Source of the DNA: Parvibaculaceae bacterium
GTDB taxonomy: Bacteria > Pseudomonadota > Alphaproteobacteria > JAPOUT01
Direction: 5' to 3'
Assembly (NCBI GenBank): GCA_963457525.1
Contig: OY734805.1
Location: forward strand, 2,330,900-2,394,899
DNA: 64,000 bases
Below are positions 38,721-48,689 of the stretch, piece after piece (positions within the stretch are counted from its first letter, which is position 1; every line of letters starts with the position of its first letter). The notes under the pieces are model-generated. The model did not search any database and was not told the DNA's origin. It was given only the letters and a program-made list of their open reading frames with translations. Both the position numbers and the translations under genes were made by a program.

Positions 38721-39553
38721 GATCCATTTTCCTCACGCCACGGATTTGCATAGCCGCCTAAAAATGTGAGTGCGCCGATTTCGCGTAACGGGCTGAGTTG
38801 TTCCTCCATCCCCGTGACATGTCCCCGGGCGGCAAGCAGCAACCGTTGATCCTCATCGTCACCACTGTCCAAAAGCCAAACATGACTGCCTAAATTATTC
38901 AAAACAAAAGCCTCTGCGTCTCGAATGTCCATGCGTCTGGCCAAACTCCACGCAAGCAGACTTGTGTCGTCTCCCGAAGGAACAAATTGTATTGATCCAA
39001 TCACCAATGCCCGGGACTCCCCTGCCCCCTCGGTCAACAGAAACGGCAAGCATCCGACAACGGACAGCCCCGGCCGATACCGCACCAAACCGGGCCACCA
39101 CTTCCCCTGCGCCCCTCCGTCGGGCAGCGGAAGCACGCCGAGCACGGACGCATCTTTCGAGACACGCTCTAATACGGTGTGCGCATCCGACTCGTAGGAA
39201 ACAGGAATGGAGGATCCGTAGAAATCACGCGCGAGATTCGAAAGCGCCGGATTGTCTCCCGTCCAGATCGATATACAAAAACGCTGCTGAAGCTGTAAGC
39301 TCACCGACATGATTTCCCGGTATATCCGGAAGAGGGAGGCCAGAGGAAACCCGCTTTTGTGGTCTCGTGCCAATCGGCGCAGGATGGCGACCTCCCGCTC
39401 CGGGCGTAACGGACTCGCATTCGTGTCTTCGCCGTCTTTGATGCGGGCGATTTCCAGCACCAGAGCGACCCGCCTGGCGAGAAGCTCTTGCATTTGGGTG
39501 TCTACATCGTCAATGTCTCGTCGCAATTGCGTGAGGTTTGTCATATCGTTCAT
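38717..39553 (-). CDS. Chorismate mutase (AroQ N-terminal domain) with a C-terminal extension of unknown function
   Basis: LTQLRRDIDDVDTQMQELLARRVALVLEIARIK is a CM_2 helix. Conserved position upstream of hisC-tyrC in alphaproteobacteria. Confidence 0.75.
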   Translation of the reverse strand: MNDMTNLTQLRRDIDDVDTQMQELLARRVALVLEIARIKDGEDTNASPLRPEREVAILRRLARDHKSGFPLASLFRIYREIMSVSLQLQQRFCISIWTGDNPALSNLARDFYGSSIPVSYESDAHTVLERVSKDASVLGVLPLPDGGAQGKWWPGLVRYRPGLSVVGCLPFLLTEGAGESRALVIGSIQFVPSGDDTSLLAWSLARRMDIRDAEAFVLNNLGSHVWLLDSGDDEDQRLLLAARGHVTGMEEQLSPLREIGALTFLGGYANPWREENGS

Positions 39554-39634
39554 GTTCCAGGATGGGGCAAGATTTGCTAAAAGTTTGTCATGCTATCATA
39601 CTCGGATATTTCGGCGGCGGCAAGGACGTAAGTA

Positions 39635-40777
39635 ATGAATGTAGAACAAGTTGGCAACGTTGGCGAGCGGGTTGAATTCCCCGCCGAAGCCGCCCTCACG
39701 CTTGATTGCGGCGTGGCGCTCTCGCCATTGACGATTGCATATCAGACCTACGGCGAACTCAACGCCTCGAAATCGAACGCTATCTTGGTGTGCCACGCCT
39801 TGACGGGCGACCAGCATGTCGCAAACACGCATCCGATGACCGGCAAGCCGGGATGGTGGCGGTTCATGGTCGGGCCGGGTGCGCCGATTGACACGAATCG
39901 TTTCTTTGCAATTTGCATGAATTGCCTGGGCGGCTGTATGGGGACGACCGGCCCGACATCGATAAATCCGGGCACGCAAAAACCCTACAATCTTGATTTT
40001 CCCGCTGTGACAATTCGCGACATGGTTCGAGCGCAAGCGATGTTGTTGGACCATCTTGGCATTGATGAGCTTTTTTGCGTGCTGGGGGGATCGATGGGGG
40101 GAATGCAGGTATTGCAATGGGCCGCAATTTATCCCGAGCGTGTTTTTTCAGCCATACCGATTGCGACAGCCGCACGTCACTCGGCACAGAATATCGCGTT
40201 TCACGAGGTGGGCCGCCAGGCAATTATGGCGGATTCGAACTGGCACAGCGGCAACTATGCAGAGCGCGGCGTTACTCCCGCTAAGGGGCTGGCCGTTGCG
40301 CGCATGACGGCGCATATTACCTATCTCAGCGAACCGAACCTGCACCACAAGTTCGGACGCAACCTGCAAGATCGAGAAAAAATTAGCTATGGCTTCGATG
40401 CGGACTTCCAGATCGAAAGTTATCTCCGTCATCAGGGAATTACGTTTGTCGACCGCTTCGATGCGAACAGTTACTTATACATGACCCGTGCGATGGATTA
40501 TTTCGATCTCGGGAGCGACTACAACGGCGTCCTTGCCGATGCGTTCAGGAAGTCGCGTGCGCGTTTTTGCCTTGTATCATTTAGCGGTGACTGGCTCTTC
40601 CCTACCAGCGAGATGAAACAGATTCTCCACGCTCTTAATGCGTGTGCCGCGAACGTAAGTTTTGTGGAGATTGAAAGCAACAAGGGGCATGACTCTTTTC
40701 TGCTTGAAGAGCCCGAAATGTTTAATGTGTTGCGAGGTTTCCTTGATGCGGCCGCAAAAGCCCGAGGTGTCCGATGA
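39635..40777 (+). CDS. metX: Homoserine O-acetyltransferase
   Basis: [13 protein letters not shown]...[13 protein letters not shown] (alpha/beta hydrolase nucleophile)...GHDSFL. Confidence 0.9.
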   Translation: MNVEQVGNVGERVEFPAEAALTLDCGVALSPLTIAYQTYGELNASKSNAILVCHALTGDQHVANTHPMTGKPGWWRFMVGPGAPIDTNRFFAICMNCLGGCMGTTGPTSINPGTQKPYNLDFPAVTIRDMVRAQAMLLDHLGIDELFCVLGGSMGGMQVLQWAAIYPERVFSAIPIATAARHSAQNIAFHEVGRQAIMADSNWHSGNYAERGVTPAKGLAVARMTAHITYLSEPNLHHKFGRNLQDREKISYGFDADFQIESYLRHQGITFVDRFDANSYLYMTRAMDYFDLGSDYNGVLADAFRKSRARFCLVSFSGDWLFPTSEMKQILHALNACAANVSFVEIESNKGHDSFLLEEPEMFNVLRGFLDAAAKARGVR

Positions 40778-41388
40778 CTCCGAAGCAGCAGCGCACGGAT
40801 TTGATGGTAATTGCGGACATGGTTACGGAAGGCGCGAGAGTGCTGGATATCGGCTGCGAGAACGGCGACCTCCTCCATATTCTCACACAGGACAAAAACG
40901 TTGACGGACGCGGCATGGAATTGAGCCAAGAGGGTGTGAACGCATGCGTTGCCCGCGGCTTGGCTGTGATACAGGGAGATGCGGAGTTTGCTTTGCGTGA
41001 CTATCCCGACCGTGCGTTTGACTATGTTATCCTGAGTCAAACTTTGCAGGCAATGTCAAAGCCTGCCGATGTTCTCGAGCAAATGTTGCGGATTGGAAAG
41101 CGCGCGATTGTTTCGTTTCCGAATTTTGCCTATTGGCGCGTGCGGATGTATTTGGCGCTGCGTGGACGGATGCCGGTGACAAAGGAACTATCGTATGCAT
41201 GGTATGAAACTCCGAACACGCATTTTTGCACGATACTTGATTTTATCGAATTGAGCGCGGAGAAAGGATATGTCATCGAAAAGGCCGTTGCCTTTGACGA
41301 CAAAGGGCGGCACCATTTCCACGAGAAACTCGGCTGGCGTGCGAATTTGTTTGCGCAAAACGCGGTGTTTTTGTTGCGAAGGGATTAA
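40774..41388 (+). CDS. metW: Methionine biosynthesis protein MetW
   Basis: [12 protein letters not shown]...ILSQTLQA; overlaps the metX stop. Confidence 0.9.
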   Translation: MTPKQQRTDLMVIADMVTEGARVLDIGCENGDLLHILTQDKNVDGRGMELSQEGVNACVARGLAVIQGDAEFALRDYPDRAFDYVILSQTLQAMSKPADVLEQMLRIGKRAIVSFPNFAYWRVRMYLALRGRMPVTKELSYAWYETPNTHFCTILDFIELSAEKGYVIEKAVAFDDKGRHHFHEKLGWRANLFAQNAVFLLRRD

Positions 41389-41435
41389 TTTGGGGATTAG
41401 CGGCCGCCCGCATCGTTTCTAATTCATCTATAGAA

Positions 41436-42092
41436 TCACTTCCCGCTGTTTTCTTCATTATATTGCGTGATAACAGGCAACCCGTACAGCAGTTTGTTAT
41501 TCGAGTTCCATTCCTGCTTGAGCGTGCATGGCAAATTGTAAGCATCAACTACTTTAAATCCTGCAGAACGAAATCTTTGCCCTCCAATCTCAATTATTTC
41601 AAATCCTACCACCAAATGTCGAGCGTCATGTTCGACTTTGAATGTTTTAGAATTGGAGAAAAAGAAAGAACGTAAAGACGAAGAGATATGGGAACGGTTA
41701 TATGTCTTACATTCAATATATGTGTATCTGTTATCGCTTTCTGTCACCAGGACGTCCGGATAACCGGCTGTTCTTCCGAGCGGCACGGATGCCGTATAGC
41801 CATCAAGGGAATTAAGGGAGCGCATCACATACGACTCTATCTTGTTTCCCACTTCATTAGCCCTCTTGGAAACGATCGGATTTTCCCTCAACTCGTGACA
41901 GGTATCTATGCAGGCTTGGTTAAGGCCGTCGCGAAAGGCGGCGTCCCTCGAATCGGCAACATCAAACGGGATGACTCGTTTGCCGCAAATATCAAAAATT
42001 ATCTCGTGAAACGGTTTTGTAATCAATCGCGCCTCGCAACAACAATTCGGTTCGTATTTGTGCCACCTTCGTTGTTCTTCACTCCCCAGCAA
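41436..42092 (-). CDS. Putative type II restriction endonuclease (PD-(D/E)xK fold), in an AT-rich islet
   Basis: GYPDVLVTESDNRYTYIECKTY contains the PD...(E)-x-K arrangement. The gene lies immediately downstream of and overlapping a DNA methyltransferase gene. No other recognised domain. Confidence 0.5.
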   Translation of the reverse strand: MLGSEEQRRWHKYEPNCCCEARLITKPFHEIIFDICGKRVIPFDVADSRDAAFRDGLNQACIDTCHELRENPIVSKRANEVGNKIESYVMRSLNSLDGYTASVPLGRTAGYPDVLVTESDNRYTYIECKTYNRSHISSSLRSFFFSNSKTFKVEHDARHLVVGFEIIEIGGQRFRSAGFKVVDAYNLPCTLKQEWNSNNKLLYGLPVITQYNEENSGK

Positions 42093-43177
42093 TTTGATGT
42101 TTTCGTGAATTCCTGCACATTGACAAGAACCTCCTCAACGACAAAAGACAGCCCCTCAATCGCTTCTACGACTTTCTCTTCCAAATTGATGGAGCCGTTT
42201 CTTACCTCTCCAACTTCAAAGGCCACATAACCCCCGCGTCTGGTAACACGTGCAAATTCCTTGAAGGCTTTTCTTACAAAATCCTTCCAACTTTCCACGG
42301 AAGAATGAAAATCGTCAAACGCTATGTTTTTCTCATCAATTCCTACGAACCAGCAACGAAGCCAATTATCCTGGGCGTAATCAACAACGTTCATGAATGG
42401 TGGAGAAGTTATCGCTAAATCAACCTCGCCGTCCTTAATGTAATCAAGACTGGTAGCGTCACAGCAACGAAGTTTGTGTTTCCGGGAAAACAAGGACGGA
42501 ACGCTTCCTGAACGAAGAAGACTCTTACTTTTTCTTAAAACTATATCAAGGACGTCTTTTTCTTCCGGTGCCCTTCCGTGTTTCTCATTAATTTTTCTTT
42601 GTTGTTTGACGGAGATGCTTTGGTTTGGCGGCATGGTCTTCACGGAAAGAAAACCCGGTGAATGTCCGCTCAACCTATTCGCGATGACCATGCGAATCCA
42701 CTTATCTTCTCCGGTTATATCTCCCGATTTATCCCGCTCTATAAACCAGCTCTTTAAGGACAACAAATGCCGAAGCGTCTTCGGATGATAAAAAACCAGC
42801 AAATCTTCATCTTCTTTGCCTATCTTCGCATTATTGGGAATTTGCCTAAATCGTTCTGTGACAGAATTTAAAAGCGGCGGGGAAAGTCTTGGGCTTGTCA
42901 GCATTTCCGAAAGCGGGTTTATATCACTTCCGTAAGCAATTCGACCGTTTAAAGCTGACTGAACCAGCGTTGTTCCTCTGCCCATAAACGGATCAAGAAC
43001 AATGTCGCCCTCTTTTGAATATCTATCAATGAAATACTGTGGAAGCTGCGGTTTGAAACAAGCCCGATAGCTGATTTCATTCAGACTGTGTCCTTGACGC
43101 TGTTTATTTGTCCAAAACTCCCCGTATTTTACGGGATAGGAATGTGACGTAGTATCGATTACCGCTTCCATGCTCAT
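42023..43177 (-). CDS. DNA methyltransferase (N4-cytosine/N6-adenine amino-MTase family; the SPPF motif suggests N4C)
   Basis: HSLNEISYRACFKPQLPQYFI...GDIVLDPFMGRGTTLVQSALNGRIAYGSDINP (motif X plus motif I FxGxG) near the N-terminus, and DLAITSPPFMN (motif IV) about 190 aa later. AT-rich. Confidence 0.8.
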   Translation of the reverse strand: MSMEAVIDTTSHSYPVKYGEFWTNKQRQGHSLNEISYRACFKPQLPQYFIDRYSKEGDIVLDPFMGRGTTLVQSALNGRIAYGSDINPLSEMLTSPRLSPPLLNSVTERFRQIPNNAKIGKEDEDLLVFYHPKTLRHLLSLKSWFIERDKSGDITGEDKWIRMVIANRLSGHSPGFLSVKTMPPNQSISVKQQRKINEKHGRAPEEKDVLDIVLRKSKSLLRSGSVPSLFSRKHKLRCCDATSLDYIKDGEVDLAITSPPFMNVVDYAQDNWLRCWFVGIDEKNIAFDDFHSSVESWKDFVRKAFKEFARVTRRGGYVAFEVGEVRNGSINLEEKVVEAIEGLSFVVEEVLVNVQEFTKTSNCWGVKNNEGGTNTNRIVVARRD

Positions 43178-43207
43178 ACCCTTGCCTGCTCCATTATGCC
43201 CATTATA

Positions 43208-43978
43208 TCAAATTTTCGAGTGTTTTGCCGACCGATCACGATAACCGGGGGCGCGAACGGAATAATTTCCGTTTGTTTGCCATGCCTTTTGCCGACGTGC
43301 GAAGGCGCGCAGCCCTTCACGCCGTATGGGCGCATGCACCTGTTTGGTTGCCTCGGCGATGAGGAGACCTGCGAGTCCGGGATAGAGTTTGCTACCGATT
43401 CGCTCCCACCCGTTCGCCCAACGCATGCAGGGCGACCACGGAGGCACCGACAAGCATGTTCGGCAATATTCCGGCGCATACATGGCTGCGCGCAAGAATT
43501 GCATCAGTTGTGCCCGGGTCCATGGACGCCCGTGCCCGAAAGGAGTGCTCTCTATCCGCGCCCACATACCGAGTCGATTTGGCAAAACGAGGAGCAGTCG
43601 ACCCTGCGGAGCAAGAACTCGCCAGATTTGCCGCAGTAGCGGTCGCAGAGTTTCACTGACTTCCATGCAATGGATAAGGAGGATTCGATCTACGCTTGAA
43701 TCCGCCAGCGGCAAAGCATCCTCCAGGACCAAAGCACTTCGGTTGTTTCCATGCGTATTCGTGGATGCGACCACACCAAGCGAGTCGGGCATGAGCGCAA
43801 CCACTCGACGCGCCTCGTTGAACATATCGAGATAGGGCAATGCATACCCGATACCCGCGATATTCATGCCGGCGGTGTCCGGCCACGCCTGTCGAATGCG
43901 CCCGCGCAAAATCTCCCGCGTCACTCCCCCGAGTGAATTGGCGTAAAAATCCCGTAAATCAACTACATCAAGACTCAT
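43208..43978 (-). CDS. Class I SAM-dependent methyltransferase (host-like GC), divergent from gloB
   Basis: VDRILLIHCMEVSETLRPLLRQIWRVLAPQGRLLLVLPNR is typical of the Methyltransf_11 C-terminal region. Conserved divergent arrangement with gloB in alphaproteobacteria. Confidence 0.65.
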   Translation of the reverse strand: MSLDVVDLRDFYANSLGGVTREILRGRIRQAWPDTAGMNIAGIGYALPYLDMFNEARRVVALMPDSLGVVASTNTHGNNRSALVLEDALPLADSSVDRILLIHCMEVSETLRPLLRQIWRVLAPQGRLLLVLPNRLGMWARIESTPFGHGRPWTRAQLMQFLRAAMYAPEYCRTCLSVPPWSPCMRWANGWERIGSKLYPGLAGLLIAEATKQVHAPIRREGLRAFARRQKAWQTNGNYSVRAPGYRDRSAKHSKI

Positions 43979-44001
43979 GGCATAAGTCTATCGCATCTGC
44001 T

Positions 44002-44733
44002 ATGCTGAACTCTATGGAAATTATACAAATCCCCTGCTTGGACAGCAATTACGCCTACTTATTGCACGATTCTGCGAGTGGTTCTACGGCTGCAATTGAC
44101 ACTCCCGACGCCGATGTCATCCTGGGCGCCCTCGAACAGCGCGGATGGAATCTCACCGATATCTTTAATACGCATCATCACGGCGACCACACCGGCGGAA
44201 ATCTTCGCCTGAAGGAGAAAACCGGTTGTCGCATTACCGGTCCTAAAGGCGAGGCGTCGCGCATTCCCGGAATTGACGTGGAGGCCGTTGAAGGTGATAC
44301 CGTCCAAGTGGGCGGGAGTGTTGCGCGCGTCCTCGAAGTTCCCGGACATACGAGCGGACACATTGCCTATCATTTTGAAAAAGATAATGTTGCCTTTGTT
44401 GGCGACACATTGTTCTCGATGGGATGCGGACGCCTGTTCGAGGGCACCGCAAAACAGATGTGGAACTCGCTCAATAAATTAATGTGCCTGCCGGAGAACA
44501 CGCTTCTTTACTGTGCACATGAATACACCGAAGCAAACGGCTCCTTTGCCTTATCGGTTGAGCCGGACAACGTTGACCTGCAAGCGCGCATGAAAGAAGT
44601 TCGAATGCTGCGCTCAAAAAACATTCCGACGGTTCCGAGTTCTCTTGATATGGAGAAGCGGACAAATCCGTTTTTACGCGCCGGCAGCGAGGAAGTCTTT
44701 GCGGAGATTCGCCGTCGGAAGGATTGCTTTTGA
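44002..44733 (+). CDS. gloB: Hydroxyacylglutathione hydrolase (glyoxalase II)
   Basis: IQIPCLDSNYAYLL...THHHGDHTGGN metallo-beta-lactamase motif. Start at MLNSMEII. Confidence 0.9.
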   Translation: MLNSMEIIQIPCLDSNYAYLLHDSASGSTAAIDTPDADVILGALEQRGWNLTDIFNTHHHGDHTGGNLRLKEKTGCRITGPKGEASRIPGIDVEAVEGDTVQVGGSVARVLEVPGHTSGHIAYHFEKDNVAFVGDTLFSMGCGRLFEGTAKQMWNSLNKLMCLPENTLLYCAHEYTEANGSFALSVEPDNVDLQARMKEVRMLRSKNIPTVPSSLDMEKRTNPFLRAGSEEVFAEIRRRKDCF

Positions 44734-44761
44734 AGGTTGATTTGGGTTAGATATGTTCCGG

Positions 44762-44836
44762 GGGCGCGTAGCTCAGTGGGAGAGCACTGCCTTCACACGG
44801 CAGGGGTCGCTGGTTCAATCCCAGCCGCGCCCACCA
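44762..44836 (+). tRNA. tRNA-Val: tRNA-Val (anticodon CAC), 75 nt including encoded CCA
   Basis: Manually folded. Acceptor GGGCGCG/CGCGCCC, D-arm GCTC-AGTGGGA-GAGC, anticodon arm CTGCC-TTCACAC-GGCAG, T-arm GCTGG-TTCAATC-CCAGC, discriminator A plus CCA. Confidence 0.85.
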
Positions 44837-44916
44837 CTCTAAACCGGAATGGGGCCGTCATCTCCGCAAGCAACGTGCCCATTTCCTCCCTCTTATCGAG
44901 AGTGTCATGACATTTA

Positions 44917-44954
44917 CCGGCGGAAAGCCGGACCGGTTGATTTTCCGGCCCGGC
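44917..44954. terminator. Overlapping GC-rich hairpins between tRNA-Val (+) and the betaine-binding protein gene (-); likely a bidirectional terminator
   Basis: CCGGCGGAAAGCCGG and GCCGGACCGG-ttgatttt-CCGGCCCGGC (10-bp stem, one mismatch), followed by T-rich stretches on both strands. Confidence 0.45.
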
Positions 44955-44967
44955 CATCACTGCCTGG

Positions 44968-45849
44968 TTAGTTGATCAGGTTGTGCCGCTTAAGGAAAGA
45001 GGCAGCAACTTCCTCGACGGTCTCTTTATCGATATCGATCCTGGAATTGAGTGACTGCATGGTCTCATCATCCAATTTGGAAGAAAGGTCATTAAGCAAA
45101 CTCTCTAAATCAGGATTTGCATCCAGAATCTCGCGTCGCACGACCGGCGTGAGTGCATATGCAGGAAAGAATTCCTTGTTGTCCTCAAGCACAATAAAGT
45201 TGAAACCGGCAATGCGCCCGTCCGTGGAAAACACCAAACCAATATCAATTTCTCCTTCGTTGAGTGCGGTGTAAATCAAACCGGTTTCCAGCGGCACCCG
45301 GTTTGCCCTGCCCGTCTTGAAGCCATAGGCTTCTTCAAGGCCCGGCAGACCGTCGGGGCGTTGGGAAAACTCGGCGTTGACACCCATGGAAAGTTTCTTG
45401 CCGTCATTATAGGCGGCCGCCATGTCGCTCAGGCTTGAAATACCCTTGTCTGCGGAATCCGACTTGCGCATTGCAAGGGCGTACGTGTTGTTCGCCCGGG
45501 ACGGGTTGAGCCAAATGATTCCTTTTGCCTTGTCGAGCTCCTTGACTCGATTGTAGGTCTCCCGGGAAGAGAGTTTCTCCTTCACCTTGTTGTAAGTAAT
45601 CAGCGATGTACCGGTGTACTCCCAATAGACATCCACCTCGCCACTTTCCTGGCCTTGGCGGAGAAGTGACGAGCCCATGCCATCGACTTTGTTGATATCA
45701 TAACCATGACCTTCGAGTAACTGGGTTGTCATCTCCGCCATGAGAAACTGTTCCGTATAGTTCTTGCCTCCAACGGTGAGCTCCTGGGCAAGAGCCGGGG
45801 TCGCCAGCAGTAAAAACGAAAAGGCTGTTGTAAACAAACGTGCAAACAT
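44968..45849 (-). CDS. Glycine betaine/choline/carnitine ABC transporter substrate-binding protein (OpuAC/OpuCC-like)
   Basis: Signal peptide MFARLFTTAFSFLLLATPALA, then TVGGKNYTEQFLMAEM...VDVYWEYTG. Start at the ATG at 45849 preceded by GGAG. Confidence 0.85.
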   Translation of the reverse strand: MFARLFTTAFSFLLLATPALAQELTVGGKNYTEQFLMAEMTTQLLEGHGYDINKVDGMGSSLLRQGQESGEVDVYWEYTGTSLITYNKVKEKLSSRETYNRVKELDKAKGIIWLNPSRANNTYALAMRKSDSADKGISSLSDMAAAYNDGKKLSMGVNAEFSQRPDGLPGLEEAYGFKTGRANRVPLETGLIYTALNEGEIDIGLVFSTDGRIAGFNFIVLEDNKEFFPAYALTPVVRREILDANPDLESLLNDLSSKLDDETMQSLNSRIDIDKETVEEVAASFLKRHNLIN

Positions 45850-45913
45850 AGTTTTTCTCCTTGTATTGTTGTTAGATGGTTGTGTTGATGCCGGAAATGA
45901 CCGGCGGTGGAAA

Positions 45914-46657
45914 TTAAGCATCCGGATTAACTCCTTTGGAAACGGTGAAGCGCTGGATTTGCCCGAGAAGAAAATCCGTCAGCACCGCGAGAAACGCCAC
46001 CGGGATAGCACCCGAGAGCATCATTCCTAATTCATTAAGGCTGATTCCCGTGAAAATCAACTCGCCGAGCCCGCCTCCGCCAATAAGGAACGCCAGCGGC
46101 GCCGTGCCGATATTGATTGCTATGCCCGTGCGTATGCCTGCGAAAATAACATAAAGCCCGTTGGGAATTTCCACCCTCAAGAGAAGTTGCCCCGGAGTCA
46201 TCCCCATCCCGCGCGCCGCCTCCAGCAGAAAGGACGGAACCGCGCGCAGTCCGGTATAGGAGTTGCGCACAATCGGCAGCAGGGTTGCAACCCACAGGGC
46301 GAAGATTGCCGGTGTCTTGCCGATACCCAGAAAACTCATGGACAACGCCAAAATGGCAAGGGAGGGAAGAGTCGTTCCGATATTAAAAACCTGCATCACC
46401 CCTTCGGAGTAGCGCAACATGAAGGGACGGGAGAGCAAGATGCCCAGCGGCACGCCGACCAGAATGGCAAGCCCGCCGGAAATGAGAACAAGGTAGATAT
46501 ATTCGACCATCAAATAGGTGATGTCGTCCCAGTAGTTCTGGGTAATATCGACGACCAGATTCATGCGCTCGGTTACGATGCCGAGCAGGAAGATGGAAAA
46601 CAGCCCTGCAAAGATGGCGACGCGTCGCAGAACTCCTTGATATGCGGCCGCGTTCAT
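45914..46657 (-). CDS. Glycine betaine ABC transporter permease
   Basis: Binding-protein-dependent permease with 6 TM helices and the EAARGMGMTPGQLL EAA-loop. Confidence 0.85.
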   Translation of the reverse strand: MNAAAYQGVLRRVAIFAGLFSIFLLGIVTERMNLVVDITQNYWDDITYLMVEYIYLVLISGGLAILVGVPLGILLSRPFMLRYSEGVMQVFNIGTTLPSLAILALSMSFLGIGKTPAIFALWVATLLPIVRNSYTGLRAVPSFLLEAARGMGMTPGQLLLRVEIPNGLYVIFAGIRTGIAINIGTAPLAFLIGGGGLGELIFTGISLNELGMMLSGAIPVAFLAVLTDFLLGQIQRFTVSKGVNPDA

Positions 46658-47781
46658 GTTGAAGAAACCTCTTTGTAGGTAGTGCCAAGATGATGGGTGA
46701 TGCCGCGTTGTGTGATGTTTCCGGCGAACTTGCCTTCGCTATCAACCACGACGAGCCAGCTTCGGTCATGACGAAACATGGAAGAAACAGCAGAACGCAA
46801 ATCCTCTTCCATGCGGATTAATACGGGCAAGGGAGCCTGGTGATCGCCGACCTGTCCGGATAGTTCCGCAATGTCGTTGAGGTGCAGGGATCCGACCGGC
46901 TTGTTGGCCTGGGAAACCACAACGATGTTTTGATGCCCGCGCTCGCGCATCAAGCGGACGGCGGTTTGGATGTCATCGGACGGCTGTACGCTTGGCCTGT
47001 CGGACTCAAGAGCATCCACAACGGTTAACAGACGCAGACGCTTGAGGGTTCTGTCACTGCCGACGAAATCCGCGATAAAGCCGTCGGCGGGATGGGAGAG
47101 AATGCGGTCCGGCGTGTCATATTGCACCAGCTTGCCCTCCCGGAAAATTGCAATTTTATCGCCCATCTTGACCGCTTCGTCGATATCATGACTTACAAAC
47201 ATGATGGTCTTGTGGATGGCGCGTTGCATTTTCAAAAACTCGTCCTGGATAACCTCTCGGTTAATGGGATCGATGGCGCCGAAAGGCTCGTCCATCAATA
47301 ATACCGGCGGGTCCGCGGCAAGAGCGCGGGCAACGCCGATGCGCTGCTGCTGTCCGCCGGAAAGTTCCTTGGGGAAACGCTTGAGAAAAACGGCAGGCTC
47401 CAAAGCCAGCATCTCCAGCAACTCCCCGGCGCGCTTGCGCGACTTGTCTTTCTCCCAGCCGAGCAAGTCCGGAACCGCACAGATGTTTTCTTCCACCGTC
47501 ATGTTGGGAAACAGGCCGATTTGCTGAATCACGTAACCTATCGTGCGCCGCAGGGCAACGGCGTCATAATCGCTTGTATCCTTGTCGTTGATAAAAATTT
47601 TACCGGAAGTGGGCTCAATCAAACGGTTGACCATCTTCATGGTGGTGGTCTTGCCGCATCCCGAGGGGCCCAACAAGATGCATGTCTCCCCGCTCTGCAC
47701 GGTCATCGAAATGCGATCCGTGGCCACAATCGAACCTTTTGCGGTTTCGAATACCTTAGTGAGGTTTTCCAAAGTAATCAT
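46654..47781 (-). CDS. Glycine betaine ABC transporter ATP-binding protein with C-terminal tandem CBS domains
   Basis: Walker A GPSGCGKTT, LSGGQQQRIGVARALA, and a CBS-type C-terminus. Start at the ATG at 47781 preceded by AGGAG. Confidence 0.85.
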   Translation of the reverse strand: MITLENLTKVFETAKGSIVATDRISMTVQSGETCILLGPSGCGKTTTMKMVNRLIEPTSGKIFINDKDTSDYDAVALRRTIGYVIQQIGLFPNMTVEENICAVPDLLGWEKDKSRKRAGELLEMLALEPAVFLKRFPKELSGGQQQRIGVARALAADPPVLLMDEPFGAIDPINREVIQDEFLKMQRAIHKTIMFVSHDIDEAVKMGDKIAIFREGKLVQYDTPDRILSHPADGFIADFVGSDRTLKRLRLLTVVDALESDRPSVQPSDDIQTAVRLMRERGHQNIVVVSQANKPVGSLHLNDIAELSGQVGDHQAPLPVLIRMEEDLRSAVSSMFRHDRSWLVVVDSEGKFAGNITQRGITHHLGTTYKEVSST

Positions 47782-47791
47782 GATATCGCTC

Positions 47792-48439
47792 CTAACGCAT
47801 TCCCAGTGGTGTGAGGCGACGCTGGATCCAGAGCAGCCCGTAATCGGCAATAATCGCCAGGAGGCTTACCGCCAGCGCGCCGGTTATCAGTTGGCGCGGG
47901 TCGGACTGGGAGATTCCCCGGCTGATGAAGGATCCCAACCCTCCTGCACCGATATAAGTGGCAATTGCCGTTACGCCGATATTCATGACCACGGCCGTGC
48001 GCACTCCTGCCATGATAACAGGAACGGCAAGGGGAATCTCCACTTTGGCGAGACGCTGCACGGATGTCATGCCGACGCCCTTGGCGGCTTCGCGCAGCGC
48101 CGGATCAATGTTTTTGATGGCTGCGTAGGTGTTGCGGATAATCGGCAGCTGGGAATAGAGCAGCACGGCGATAACCGCGGGAAGGAAACCGATGCCGTAC
48201 CCGATGGTCGAGAGGATGGGAATCATCAAACCGAACAGGGCGATGGAGGGAATTGTGATGATGATGGACGCGACGTAGAGAACGGTGTTTGCGGCCCGTT
48301 CGTTTTGCGTGATTGCAATGCCGATGGGCACGCCTGTCAAAATAGCGGAGCCCACGGCTACGGATACAATGGTGAGATGCTCCAACGCACGCTCGCCGAT
48401 GAGGTCCATATTGGCGATGATAAACTGAATAATCTCCAA
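47792..48439 (-). CDS. Glycine betaine ABC transporter permease (second permease)
   Basis: EAAKGVGMTSVQRL EAA-loop and 6 TM helices. Confidence 0.85.
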   Translation of the reverse strand: MEIIQFIIANMDLIGERALEHLTIVSVAVGSAILTGVPIGIAITQNERAANTVLYVASIIITIPSIALFGLMIPILSTIGYGIGFLPAVIAVLLYSQLPIIRNTYAAIKNIDPALREAAKGVGMTSVQRLAKVEIPLAVPVIMAGVRTAVVMNIGVTAIATYIGAGGLGSFISRGISQSDPRQLITGALAVSLLAIIADYGLLWIQRRLTPLGMR

Positions 48440-48689
48440 AACCCTTGAACTCCCCGGGTTTTCGGTCCCGCCTATTACAATCTCTCCTCGTGCCGAGGCT
48501 CCAATCTAGGGCTGTTTACGGGTAGAATCAAGCGTTTTTGGGGATATTCCATAAAAATACGGAGACGCCCGCACCGAAATTAACCCCGAATAGGGTTGTA
48601 TCATGCAGAATCGGCCTTAAACAACACTTGCATTTTCTGCAAAAACCCATAAATTATGCTCAAACACCTCAACTAAGGAGATTCAGACC

